Source: Bacteroidales bacterium (GTDB lineage: Bacteria > Bacteroidota > Bacteroidia > Bacteroidales > Tenuifilaceae). Taken from it: a DNA stretch of 64,000 nt. Location: NCBI GenBank assembly GCA_025361485.1, contig JANYLA010000162.1:3969-67968 (forward strand). The letters run 5' to 3'. The position numbers were made by a program, and so were the translations under genes. The notes beneath the pieces are model-generated. The model did not search any database, was not told the DNA's origin, and worked only from the letters and a program-made list of their open reading frames with translations. Shown piece by piece: positions 10,276-18,925 of the stretch (positions within the stretch are counted from its first letter, which is position 1; each line of letters opens with the position of its first letter).

Positions 10276-12027
10276 CTATGGTTTTATGCGTAAGCCGTTT
10301 TTATAGGTTGCAATAAATGCTCCCTTAATACCAATCTTTGCTGCCACCTCTTTTGCAACAGTAAAATTAGTAAATGCAGAAATATAATACTTGTACCAAC
10401 CATCCTCAAATTGCATAGTAAGAGGATAATCTACTTTAATAATATCACGGATAATCTGTAACGGTAAAGGTTTTCTTGATGCTGCAACCTGAACTACATA
10501 AATTGAGTTCTCATTCTGTTTAACTTTCAAATCCTCCATCGCATCTTTTCTTGGCCATTGAATTCGTTTCTGATTTTGATATGGCATTAAGAAAGCATCT
10601 TTAGTACCGCACGAATCTCGAGTAATTTTTGCTTCATTGAAGTAAATGAAATCACCAATTGAATATCGATACCATCCATCTTCTTGTGAAACGTTAACAG
10701 GGTTATAACCCTTGTAAATTGTTGCTATTAATTCGTTGGACAATGGTTGTCGTGAAGCAGCAATTTGAACCCGATAAACAATTGAATAGGCAGAGGTATC
10801 GAATGAGGCGTCTATTTGATTTTTAATACTTAAAATGGCGATTCTTCCTTTAGATTTGCTGTACCCCGAAACGAATCCACGGGTAATACACGGCTTCGCT
10901 AAAAACTTATTGGCAGAATCAACAGAACTAAAATGACCTATTAAGTATTTATACCAACCATCCTCATTTTTTTCCTCAATCATAAGATTGGTACAGTACA
11001 ATTCGTTTTTAAGTTTTTCAATAACAAGCTGTTTTTTACTCGCTGCAATTTGAATTGAAAAATAGTCAACACCAAGTGTATTAATTCTCGATTGAGAAAT
11101 CAAACTTTTAATTTCAAAATGGTTCGCTTCTCCTTTAATCGAATAATTATGATTCTTCCCATTATTATTCCACCCACCAGTTGTTCTATTATTTTTACCA
11201 CCAACTATATTATCGCTCTGAGATTTTGATTTATCAATACCTATATCATCTTTATCCGAAGTAGTATTTGTTGAATTAGTTGCCAATAAACCCTGTGTAG
11301 AAATATCCTGTCCTGCGACATTCAATCCAACATCTTTTTTCTTTTCATTAAATCGATCTTTATATGAATCGGCAAGCGATTTAGCAGCAAATAGTTTTCG
11401 TTCAGTAGGTTTGTACACCCATTGGTCATAGGTCATTGGAGCATTTGCATCATTCCATACTTTCCGAAACCGCTCTATCATGTCAATATTGACTACAATA
11501 TCAGGTATATCATTAGGTTGTCCAAGTTTGTTTTGGCCTTCTCTAACACAACCCAATAAAACTTGCAATCCAAATTTTTGTAAAATAATCACTTGATGAG
11601 ATTTTTCAACTGCAACCAATGCGCTTTTTACCGTTTTAAAATTGGGCTTTGAAAGATTAATAGTATCAGTTAACTCCTTGTATGCTCTCGACGCTTCGGT
11701 AAAATATTTTGAAGAATTCTCCTTCGATATGCTATCCGATTGCTCCCAAATCTTACTTAATTTCTGTTCAGCTGCTAACTGAATCTTAAAAAGTGAGATT
11801 AACTTCTCCATTTTTTCCTGATCAGTAAATGTGTTTTGAGTAACATCGGTATATATTCCAACACCAACCTTATAGGATTGCTCTATTGAATTAATAGTAT
11901 CCTTGTATTTACTTGGTATACAATTAGTTAAATCATCCAAATGCAATTCACTAATCTGTGAAAAGACAGATTGCGAACATAAAAAAACGCATATTGATAT
12001 AATGTACTTAATTCTCTTTATCACCAC
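10276..12027 (-). CDS. Secreted protein with three C-terminal SPOR (peptidoglycan-binding) repeats
   Basis: Signal peptide present. Three repeats of the pattern (Y/F)xxQ(I/V)AAS(K/R)...EDGWY(K/R)Y.IG.F. The start codon at 12027 is GTG and no in-frame ATG lies nearby. Confidence 0.7.
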   Translation of the reverse strand: MVIKRIKYIISICVFLCSQSVFSQISELHLDDLTNCIPSKYKDTINSIEQSYKVGVGIYTDVTQNTFTDQEKMEKLISLFKIQLAAEQKLSKIWEQSDSISKENSSKYFTEASRAYKELTDTINLSKPNFKTVKSALVAVEKSHQVIILQKFGLQVLLGCVREGQNKLGQPNDIPDIVVNIDMIERFRKVWNDANAPMTYDQWVYKPTERKLFAAKSLADSYKDRFNEKKKDVGLNVAGQDISTQGLLATNSTNTTSDKDDIGIDKSKSQSDNIVGGKNNRTTGGWNNNGKNHNYSIKGEANHFEIKSLISQSRINTLGVDYFSIQIAASKKQLVIEKLKNELYCTNLMIEEKNEDGWYKYLIGHFSSVDSANKFLAKPCITRGFVSGYSKSKGRIAILSIKNQIDASFDTSAYSIVYRVQIAASRQPLSNELIATIYKGYNPVNVSQEDGWYRYSIGDFIYFNEAKITRDSCGTKDAFLMPYQNQKRIQWPRKDAMEDLKVKQNENSIYVVQVAASRKPLPLQIIRDIIKVDYPLTMQFEDGWYKYYISAFTNFTVAKEVAAKIGIKGAFIATYKNGLRIKP

Positions 12028-12215
12028 AAAATATTTTTTCGCATATTAGTAATAATCTACAAATATACAGCTACTTTAATAATTGATATAAATCATCAAT
12101 GCATATTTATTGTTTTAATGCATTATTTTGTAGCATGTTATTAATAATAATATTGTAAATTAATTATTATGCTAACAGTTAGTATGAATAACAAAGATTT
12201 GGACTCAAAGTAAAA

Positions 12216-12629
12216 TTATTCAAAATCTATAAATCCTGGAATACTATCAACCTTCATAGGTCTACCATTATTTAAGCCTACCCCAATTACTTTTGCATGA
12301 ACAACATGTTTATATTCAGGTAATTTATAAATATCCTGCTCGAACACCAATCGTAAATTTCCTTCTTTACAGGTATTCACTTTCACAACAAAGGTATCAT
12401 CGCTCGACAGGGAGTATTTGTAGTCAATCTCAATTCTTGATACAACCAAGTCAATGCCCTCAGTATGCAGTTTTGCAAAATCTATCTTTTTATTCAGCAG
12501 GTATTGATGTCTTGTATGCTCAAGGTAGTTTAGATACACTGCATTATTAACAATTCCCTGTAAATCGCACTCATAATCTCGAACAGTAAATTCAAGTTCG
12601 TACTCGTACTTTTTTTCTTCTTTTATCAT
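12216..12629 (-). CDS. Acyl-CoA thioesterase, 4HBT/YbgC-like hotdog fold
   Basis: TVRDYECDLQGIVNNAVYLNYLEHTRHQYL is the YbgC-type active-site region. I prefer the ATG at 12629 (MIKEEKKYEY) over the longer ORF-track start at 12680. Confidence 0.7.
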   Translation of the reverse strand: MIKEEKKYEYELEFTVRDYECDLQGIVNNAVYLNYLEHTRHQYLLNKKIDFAKLHTEGIDLVVSRIEIDYKYSLSSDDTFVVKVNTCKEGNLRLVFEQDIYKLPEYKHVVHAKVIGVGLNNGRPMKVDSIPGFIDFE

Positions 12630-12756
12630 CTTACTATCAATTGAATTATTGATTATCTCGAGTTTAATAATAATTAACAATCTACATTAAAAACTATTAG
12701 AGTATTTAATTGTTAATAGTTTGCAATAAACCGAAAAATCAATAAAAATCAAATAA

Positions 12757-13842
12757 ATGGAACAGAAAAAGCTATTCAGCAGCTATCTTTTAGGAAAGGC
12801 TGAGTTAAAGAATCGAATTGTAATGGCTCCAATGACCCGTTCAAGGGCAATTGGAAATATTCCAAATGATTTAATTGCAACCTATTACGGGCAACGTGCC
12901 GGTGCAGGACTAATAATTACCGAAGGAACCTCTCCCTCTCCCAATGGTTTAGGATATTCAAGAATACCTGGCCTTTTTAGTGCCGAACAGGTTAATGGAT
13001 GGAAAAAGGTAACGTCATCAGTGCACGCAAAAGGTGGAAAGATATTCGTTCAGCTAATGCATACCGGAAGAATTAGTCATCAATTAAACCTTCCAAATGG
13101 CGCAATAGTATTGGCCCCCTCAGCAGTGAAGCCTGCAGGACAAATGTGGACCGATAGTAACGGTATGCAAGACTTTCCAACGCCAAAAGAAATGTCATCG
13201 GTTGAACTATCTCTAACAAAAGAAGAATATGTAACTGCATCTAAGAATGCAATTGCGGCAGGTTTTGATGGAGTTGAATTGCATGGAGCAAATGGCTATT
13301 TGCTTGAGCAATTCTTATCACCAATAAGCAATATTAGAACTGACAGCTATGGAGGAAGTATTGAAAATCGTTGCCGGTTTGTGATTGAAGTTGCCGAGGC
13401 AGTTAGCCATGCTATTGGTAAGGATAAAGTTGGCATCCGGCTTTCGCCTTACGGAGTTGCAAGCGATATGCCCCACTATCCTGAAATCGATGAAACGTAC
13501 ACATATCTTGCAAAAAAAATCAACGAATTAGGCTTAGTTTATATTCACCTTGTTGACCATAGTGCAATGGGTGCACCTCAGGTTCCATCTAGTATTAAAA
13601 AGACCTTTAGAGATATCTTTAAAGGAACTTTAATTCTTTCAGGTGGGTATGATTTTGATAGAGCGACAAGGGACATCGACAATAAATCAGCAGATTTGAT
13701 TGCTTTTGGTCGTCCGTTCATTAACAATCCTGATTTAGTTCAAAGATTTATGAAAAGCAAACCATTATCCACTAATCTTGATATGAATACATTCTATACA
13801 CCGGATGAAAAAGGTTATGTAGATTATGCTTTTTTAGAATAA
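12757..13842 (+). CDS. Old Yellow Enzyme family NADH:flavin oxidoreductase (alkene / N-ethylmaleimide reductase-like)
   Basis: NRIVMAPMTR, GLIITEGT and HGANGYLLEQFLSP are OYE signatures. Length is 361 aa. Confidence 0.85.
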   Translation: MEQKKLFSSYLLGKAELKNRIVMAPMTRSRAIGNIPNDLIATYYGQRAGAGLIITEGTSPSPNGLGYSRIPGLFSAEQVNGWKKVTSSVHAKGGKIFVQLMHTGRISHQLNLPNGAIVLAPSAVKPAGQMWTDSNGMQDFPTPKEMSSVELSLTKEEYVTASKNAIAAGFDGVELHGANGYLLEQFLSPISNIRTDSYGGSIENRCRFVIEVAEAVSHAIGKDKVGIRLSPYGVASDMPHYPEIDETYTYLAKKINELGLVYIHLVDHSAMGAPQVPSSIKKTFRDIFKGTLILSGGYDFDRATRDIDNKSADLIAFGRPFINNPDLVQRFMKSKPLSTNLDMNTFYTPDEKGYVDYAFLE

Positions 13843-13908
13843 TTTTCTAAGAGATGATATTACTTATTAAATTAATTCATATACTTGCAATCGAAATTAA
13901 ACCAATTT

Positions 13909-14034
13909 ATGAATAATCGTTTGGCCACTTGCACTATAAAACATGACATTATGCTTAAGAAAAGCATGATGAATAAAGCCATGTATATGTGTAAGAAGCA
14001 CCACATGCTGTGCAGGCCAGGATTAAAGGATTGA
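13909..14034 (+). CDS. Candidate 41-aa Lys/Met-rich leader peptide of the lysC-lysA operon
   Basis: Not in the ORF track because it is under 60 aa. It translates to MNNRLATCTIKHDIMLKKSMMNKAMYMCKKHHMLCRPGLKD, with 7 Lys and 7 Met in 41 residues. A terminator follows and lysC starts about 90 nt downstream. Confidence 0.4.
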   Translation: MNNRLATCTIKHDIMLKKSMMNKAMYMCKKHHMLCRPGLKD

Positions 14035-14070
14035 TGTGAAAAAACTATAACATTAATATAATAAGACTAG

Positions 14071-14098
14071 GGCCTGCAGAATTCTGCAGGCCTTTTTT
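14071..14098 (+). terminator. Rho-independent terminator / attenuator in the lysC leader
   Basis: ggcctgcag (14071-79), loop aatt, ctgcaggcc (14084-92), then TTTTTT. It ends 25 nt before the lysC ATG. The 8-mer tgcaggcc is also present at 14011-14018 and could form an alternative antiterminator pairing with 14071-78. Confidence 0.7.
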
Positions 14099-14122
14099 GT
14101 TTAACTCTTAACCCAATAAAAA

Positions 14123-15454
14123 ATGAAAGTATTGAAGTTTGGTGGTACATCAGTTGGAACCGCCCAACGAATCAGAAATCTTGCGGAAATTATTCCGGCA
14201 AATGAACCCATTATTGTTGTTCTTTCAGCAATGTCGGGCACAACCAATTCATTAATTACAATTGCCGATGAGGCAAAAAAAGGTAATTCCGAGAGGGCAA
14301 TGGATTTGGCAAAGGAACTTGAGGCTAAGTATTACAATACTAGCAATGAGCTTTTCTTTACCAACTTATATAAAAAACGTGGTGAAGAGTTTATCAATGA
14401 TATGTTTAGCAAAATTTTCAGGGATATTAGAAGAGGTTTTAACGGTAATGTGTACAACGAAACATTGGCCGCAGGAGAACTGTTGTCTACAGGTTTGTTT
14501 CATCAATATCTAACAGAGCAGAAGAGAAGTGCCGCATATATTTCAGCTTTAGAGTATATGAAAACCAACGATGACCAAGAACCTGATTACAATTTTATCA
14601 GCGATAACATAGATCGAATTCTTGATGATTACATTGGAACAAAAATATTTGTAACCCAAGGATTTATCTGCCGAAATAATCAGGGCGAAGTTGATAATTT
14701 AGGTCGTGGCGGAAGCGATTATTCAGCAGCAATTATAGGCAATGTAGTAGATGCTAAAGAGGTTCAGATTTGGACCGACATTGATGGAATTCATAATAAC
14801 GATCCTCGATTTGTGAACGAAACATCACCAATCCGTGAGTTATCGTTCGATGAGGCGGCAGAGCTTGCGTATTTTGGTGCTAAAATACTTCATCCGTCTA
14901 CTATTTACCCTTGTAGCAGAAAAGGTATTCCTGTAATTCTTAAAAACACACTTCAACCCAGTGATCCCGGAACAATAATCAGCCACCATTATAATCCTTC
15001 GGGAGTAAAGGCGATTGCGGCGAAGGATGGAATCACAGCCATCAAGATTCGCTCATCCAGAATGCTGATGGCTCATGGATTCTTGAAGAGAATTTTTCAG
15101 ATTTTCGATGAGTACACTACTGCCGTTGACATGATTACCACATCGGAGGTTGCTGTATCGCTAACTATTGACAACAGGAAAAATCTCGATAAAATTTTAG
15201 ATGAACTTAGCGTATTCTCCTCCGTTGAGGTTGATGAAGATCAAACAATTATCTGTATTGTCGGTGATTTTGTTGCCGACAAAAATGGTTACGCTGGGAG
15301 GATCTTCAATACGCTAAAAAACATTCCTGTAAGAATGATATCATACGGAGGTAGTAACCATAACATTTCAATCCTTGTTAGCAGTAACCATAAGATTGAT
15401 ACCCTAAGAGCATTACATCAAGTTGTGAATGAAAACAATCTAATCGAAGCGTAA
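14123..15454 (+). CDS. lysC: Aspartate kinase (monofunctional)
   Basis: MKVLKFGGTSVG N-terminus, kinase core and two C-terminal ACT-like regions. 443 aa. Confidence 0.9.
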   Translation: MKVLKFGGTSVGTAQRIRNLAEIIPANEPIIVVLSAMSGTTNSLITIADEAKKGNSERAMDLAKELEAKYYNTSNELFFTNLYKKRGEEFINDMFSKIFRDIRRGFNGNVYNETLAAGELLSTGLFHQYLTEQKRSAAYISALEYMKTNDDQEPDYNFISDNIDRILDDYIGTKIFVTQGFICRNNQGEVDNLGRGGSDYSAAIIGNVVDAKEVQIWTDIDGIHNNDPRFVNETSPIRELSFDEAAELAYFGAKILHPSTIYPCSRKGIPVILKNTLQPSDPGTIISHHYNPSGVKAIAAKDGITAIKIRSSRMLMAHGFLKRIFQIFDEYTTAVDMITTSEVAVSLTIDNRKNLDKILDELSVFSSVEVDEDQTIICIVGDFVADKNGYAGRIFNTLKNIPVRMISYGGSNHNISILVSSNHKIDTLRALHQVVNENNLIEA

Positions 15455-15457
15455 GCC

Positions 15458-16621
15458 ATGATAACAATAGAATCGCTCGGCAAGCTGGAATCAACTCCAA
15501 CGCCGTTTTATTTTTACGATACTAATCTACTCGACCAAACCCTGCAAAGGGTAAAAGAATCATCAGGGAGATATGGTTTTGAGGTACACTATGCAATTAA
15601 GGCTAACGCAAATCGTAAAATTCTTACACGAATCGCATCATTTGGTCTTGGTGCCGATTGTGTTAGCGGCAATGAGGTTGAACTGGCCATTAAATGTGGC
15701 TTCGATCCTAAAAAAATCGTTTTTGCTGGAGTTGGAAAAACCGATTCAGAGATTGAACTTGCACTTGATAGCAGTATCTTCTGCTTCCATAGTGAATCGG
15801 TACAGGAATTAATTGTCATCAATCAATTAGCAGCACAGCGCTCAATCATTGCAAAGGTTGCATTGAGGTTAAATCCTGATGTTAAGGCAGGAACTCATGC
15901 TCATATTACCACTGGGATGATTGAAAATAAGTTTGGCCTTTCGGTTGATGAGGTGATTGAAGCAAAAAGAATTCTACCTAGCTTGAAAAATATCAATATA
16001 ATTGGGCTTCACTTTCATATCGGCTCTCAAATAACCAACATGGAGGTTTTCAAGACGTTATCGTCAAAAGCAAATCAGCTGAAAAATGAGCTATTCCCTA
16101 AGAATAGTTTCAATTACATCAACATGGGTGGTGGTTTAGGAATCGACTATACAAGACCAAACAGTAACCCTATCCCGGATTTTGAGGGATATTTCTCGAC
16201 CTTTAACCAGAATCTCGTTTTAGAATCAAATCAAAAGATTCATTTTGAGCTAGGTCGTTCAATTGTTGCTCAATGTGGGAGTTTGATTACCAAAGTAACC
16301 TATGTCAAAGGAAGTTCAAAGCATCAATTTGCTGTGGTTGATGCTGGGATGAATGATTTAATCAGACCTGCGCTTTACGACGCAAGCCACTCAATTGTTA
16401 ACCTCTCATCAAATGGTAATATTTTAACATATGATGTAGTTGGTCCAGTTTGTGAGTCAGCCGATTGCTTTGCAAAGGAAATTCCTCTCCCACAGGTACA
16501 GCGTGGAGATATTCTAGCAATCCTTTCATGTGGTGCGTACGGAGAAGTAATGAGTTCAAGATACAACATGAGGGAGATTCCTTACGCTGTTTATTCCCAA
16601 GAAAAACTTGAACCTGCGTAA
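15458..16621 (+). CDS. lysA: Diaminopimelate decarboxylase
   Basis: YAIKAN PLP-lysine motif, GGGLGIDY and CESAD. It begins 4 nt after lysC. Confidence 0.9.
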   Translation: MITIESLGKLESTPTPFYFYDTNLLDQTLQRVKESSGRYGFEVHYAIKANANRKILTRIASFGLGADCVSGNEVELAIKCGFDPKKIVFAGVGKTDSEIELALDSSIFCFHSESVQELIVINQLAAQRSIIAKVALRLNPDVKAGTHAHITTGMIENKFGLSVDEVIEAKRILPSLKNINIIGLHFHIGSQITNMEVFKTLSSKANQLKNELFPKNSFNYINMGGGLGIDYTRPNSNPIPDFEGYFSTFNQNLVLESNQKIHFELGRSIVAQCGSLITKVTYVKGSSKHQFAVVDAGMNDLIRPALYDASHSIVNLSSNGNILTYDVVGPVCESADCFAKEIPLPQVQRGDILAILSCGAYGEVMSSRYNMREIPYAVYSQEKLEPA

Positions 16622-16646
16622 TCAATAAAAGTTTAAATAAATAAAA

Positions 16647-17009
16647 ATGAAAATAAAAGTTAGTCAAACCGACAATACAAGTATAGCCGAAATAATCTCA
16701 GAGGATGTTATAATAAAAGAGGTACAAGATGCTTTGGATCTTATGGCAAATTGCAGCTATCAGGGTTCAACTAAGATAATTATTCACGAGAAGAATATCA
16801 TTTCCGATTTCTTCGACCTAAAAACGAGAATAGCAGGAGAAATTCTTCAAAAATTCTCCAATTACGATGTCTGTCTTGCTATAGTTGGCAACTTCTCAAA
16901 TCTTTCGAGCAAAAGTCTTAAAGAATTCATTTATGAAAGTAACAGAATGGGTCGAATAAACTTTGTTAGCACTCTAGATGAGGCTAAGGCAAGATTAGCA
17001 ATGCATTAA
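16647..17009 (+). CDS. DUF4180 domain protein
   Basis: 120 aa. DFFDLKTRIAGEILQKFSNYDVCLAIVGNFS...EFIYESNRMGRINFV matches my memory of the DUF4180 family pattern. Confidence 0.6.
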   Translation: MKIKVSQTDNTSIAEIISEDVIIKEVQDALDLMANCSYQGSTKIIIHEKNIISDFFDLKTRIAGEILQKFSNYDVCLAIVGNFSNLSSKSLKEFIYESNRMGRINFVSTLDEAKARLAMH

Positions 17010-17103
17010 AATTAAATGAGTATTTGTTGTAAGCATTAGTTATAAATGAAGAAACCACGCTAGGCGCGATAATTCAAATATGAATTAAAACATCTAGTGT
17101 GGT

Positions 17104-17188
<85 letters not shown>

Positions 17189-17953
17189 TTACAGTTTTTT
17201 CTCAGTAAGATACTTCCAAAACCTCTTAGGCATAAAGTTTTGCTGACATTTTAAGTTGGTTCTCTCTTTAATTGCAATTCCCTTAAAGTAACTCTTCCAC
17301 ATCTCCTGCCACTTGTCTTCGTCAGGATGCGTTACTTCACTATTGAGTTGACCTGAGATAATATTGAAAGCAGGATTATCAATGGTTATCTGCTCCATTT
17401 TTTTTGTATCGAAGAAAAAACCATAATTCCTTCGGGTGTCATAGATCAACCAGGGCTGATCTGCGAATCGTTCGCCGAAATGACCTGTGATTAAAGGTAG
17501 AATATCGTATTTAGGATAAATTGGTGCAAACCAAGTACCATCTGCTGCTTGTTCAAATCGGATGAACATCACAAAATGCTGCGCCTCCCGAAGAATCTTC
17601 TTTTCAAGTTGACTTACTTTCAGAACGAATTCATTAGCAAAGTTTGTAGAAATACAAACTTTTTGAGAGAATAGCTCTCGGCAATAGTTTAAGATAACCA
17701 TCTCCACATCTTCATCGAGCGATAAAAAGGCATGAAAAATCTGCTCACAGGTAATATCACCACCATAACGCTTAATGCCATCCCAAACCCTTGACCCCTT
17801 ATGCTCATCGGTCTTTATCTTTACTATTTCACCAAACAGAAGCCCTTGCTTTTCGGGGCGAATAATGGCCTCCGGCCAATTTTTCGACTCGTATGCATGA
17901 AAGATAACCGTAAGCAAACCCGGGAAAGTGCCGTCGTAAGAGTAATTTGACAT
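17189..17953 (-). CDS. Probable DNA metabolism protein, TIGR03915/DUF4130-like (usual partner of the TIGR03916 radical SAM protein)
   Basis: 254 aa. N-terminus YDGTFPGLLTVIFHAYE and the overall pattern match my recollection of this family. The expected radical SAM partner is present at 53752-55002. Confidence 0.55.
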   Translation of the reverse strand: MSNYSYDGTFPGLLTVIFHAYESKNWPEAIIRPEKQGLLFGEIVKIKTDEHKGSRVWDGIKRYGGDITCEQIFHAFLSLDEDVEMVILNYCRELFSQKVCISTNFANEFVLKVSQLEKKILREAQHFVMFIRFEQAADGTWFAPIYPKYDILPLITGHFGERFADQPWLIYDTRRNYGFFFDTKKMEQITIDNPAFNIISGQLNSEVTHPDEDKWQEMWKSYFKGIAIKERTNLKCQQNFMPKRFWKYLTEKKL

Positions 17954-18050
17954 TTATTCAATTTGACAATGAGACAATATGCCAACCAAACTTGCAAATT
18001 CAGCGGAGCTAATTGGTCAATTTTCTTAATTTTATGTATAGGTTACTAGT

Positions 18051-18148
18051 CTTTCTTTCTCATTTCTCATTTCTCATTTCTCATTTCTCACTTCTCACTT
18101 CTCACTTCTCACTTCTCACTTCTCACTTCTCACTTCTCACTTGCCACT
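18051..18148. repeat. Heptanucleotide tandem array (TCTCATT)x4 + (TCTCACT)x8 + degenerate ends, read as AGTGAGA/GAGAAGT on the minus strand
   Basis: Direct reading at 18058-18141 with degenerate flanks. The nth stop codon (18130-18132) lies inside the array. The array is about 105 nt upstream of the DUF4130-like gene start. Confidence 0.95.
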
Positions 18149-18783
18149 TTTTTCTTCCCATACTCTTTACAAAACTCCCTCACCCCACACTCAGGACATT
18201 TAGGTTTACGTGCTATACAAACATATCTTCCATGCAGTATTAGCCAATGATGGGCAATTGGTATAAGTTCTTGTGGAATAAACTCAATAAGTTGAAGTTC
18301 TGTAGCCAATGGAGTTTTAGCATTATGACTAAGTCCTAATCTTTTAGCTACCCTGAAAACATGAGTATCAACGGCCATTGCAGGTTTATTGAATGCTACA
18401 GAGGCAACAACGTTAGCAGTTTTTCTTCCAACTCCGGGTAACTTTTGAAGTTGGTTTATATCAGAGGGTATAATACCACCAAAATCAGCAACTAGCATTT
18501 TCGCCATCCCCGAAAGATGGTTCGCCTTGTTATTAGGATATGAAATTGATTTAATCAGCTGAAGAATCTCTTCAACTGGTGCCTTTGCAAGATGATTAAC
18601 TGTAGGATATTTCTCAAAAAAATGGGGTGTAACAATATTAACTCGCTTATCGGTACACTGTGCAGAAAGTACAGTTGCCACAATTAACTCGTAAGGTGAA
18701 GTATGGTCAAGCTCTGTCTCTGCAACAGGCATATTCACCTTGAAATATTCAATTATCAGTTTAAAACGTTCTTTTCGGGTCAT
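18130..18783 (-). CDS. nth: Endonuclease III (DNA-(apurinic or apyrimidinic site) lyase)
   Basis: HhH-GPD motif LPGVGRKTANVV and Fe-S cluster CIARKPKCPECGVREFC (C-x6-C-x2-C-x5-C). I prefer the start at MTRKERF (18783) over the ORF-track start at 18843. Confidence 0.9.
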   Translation of the reverse strand: MTRKERFKLIIEYFKVNMPVAETELDHTSPYELIVATVLSAQCTDKRVNIVTPHFFEKYPTVNHLAKAPVEEILQLIKSISYPNNKANHLSGMAKMLVADFGGIIPSDINQLQKLPGVGRKTANVVASVAFNKPAMAVDTHVFRVAKRLGLSHNAKTPLATELQLIEFIPQELIPIAHHWLILHGRYVCIARKPKCPECGVREFCKEYGKKKVASEK

Positions 18784-18846
18784 TGTTTTCAATTTATCGT
18801 TATAAAGATAGAGAAATATTGTGTTGCAGTGATGCTGTTTCATTTA

Positions 18847-18893
18847 TTCCATCTTTCCAATACTCCATCATTCCATTTCTCTCCCATTCCCAT
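18847..18893. repeat. Degenerate octamer-periodic tract (TTCCATNN)x4 plus CCCAT tail
   Basis: ttccatct ttccaata ctccatca ttccattt, then ctctcccattcccata, in the nth / ABC-F divergent intergenic region. Confidence 0.6.
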
Positions 18894-18902
18894 AAATTAA
18901 AC

Positions 18903-18910
18903 TACTTTTG
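18903..18910 (+). promoter_or_regulatory. Bacteroidota-type -7 promoter element (TAnnTTTG)
   Basis: tacttttg matches TAnnTTTG, 16 nt upstream of the ABC-F ATG at 18926. The same TACTTTTGCAA string occurs in front of the tRNA-Leu genes. Confidence 0.35.
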
Positions 18911-18925
18911 CAAAAATTTTTATTG

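Noticed and set aside
13843-14122. Lysine riboswitch (L-box) upstream of lysC
   Set aside because: The context is right, but I could not find the conserved L-box core strings or the five-helix layout. The region is better explained by a mini-ORF plus terminator/antiterminator. An Rfam scan is still needed.
18013-18243. 76-aa plus-strand ORF encoding SHFSLLT repeats
   Set aside because: It is a translation artefact of the heptanucleotide array, which shifts through all three frames. It overlaps the nth 3' end on the opposite strand.
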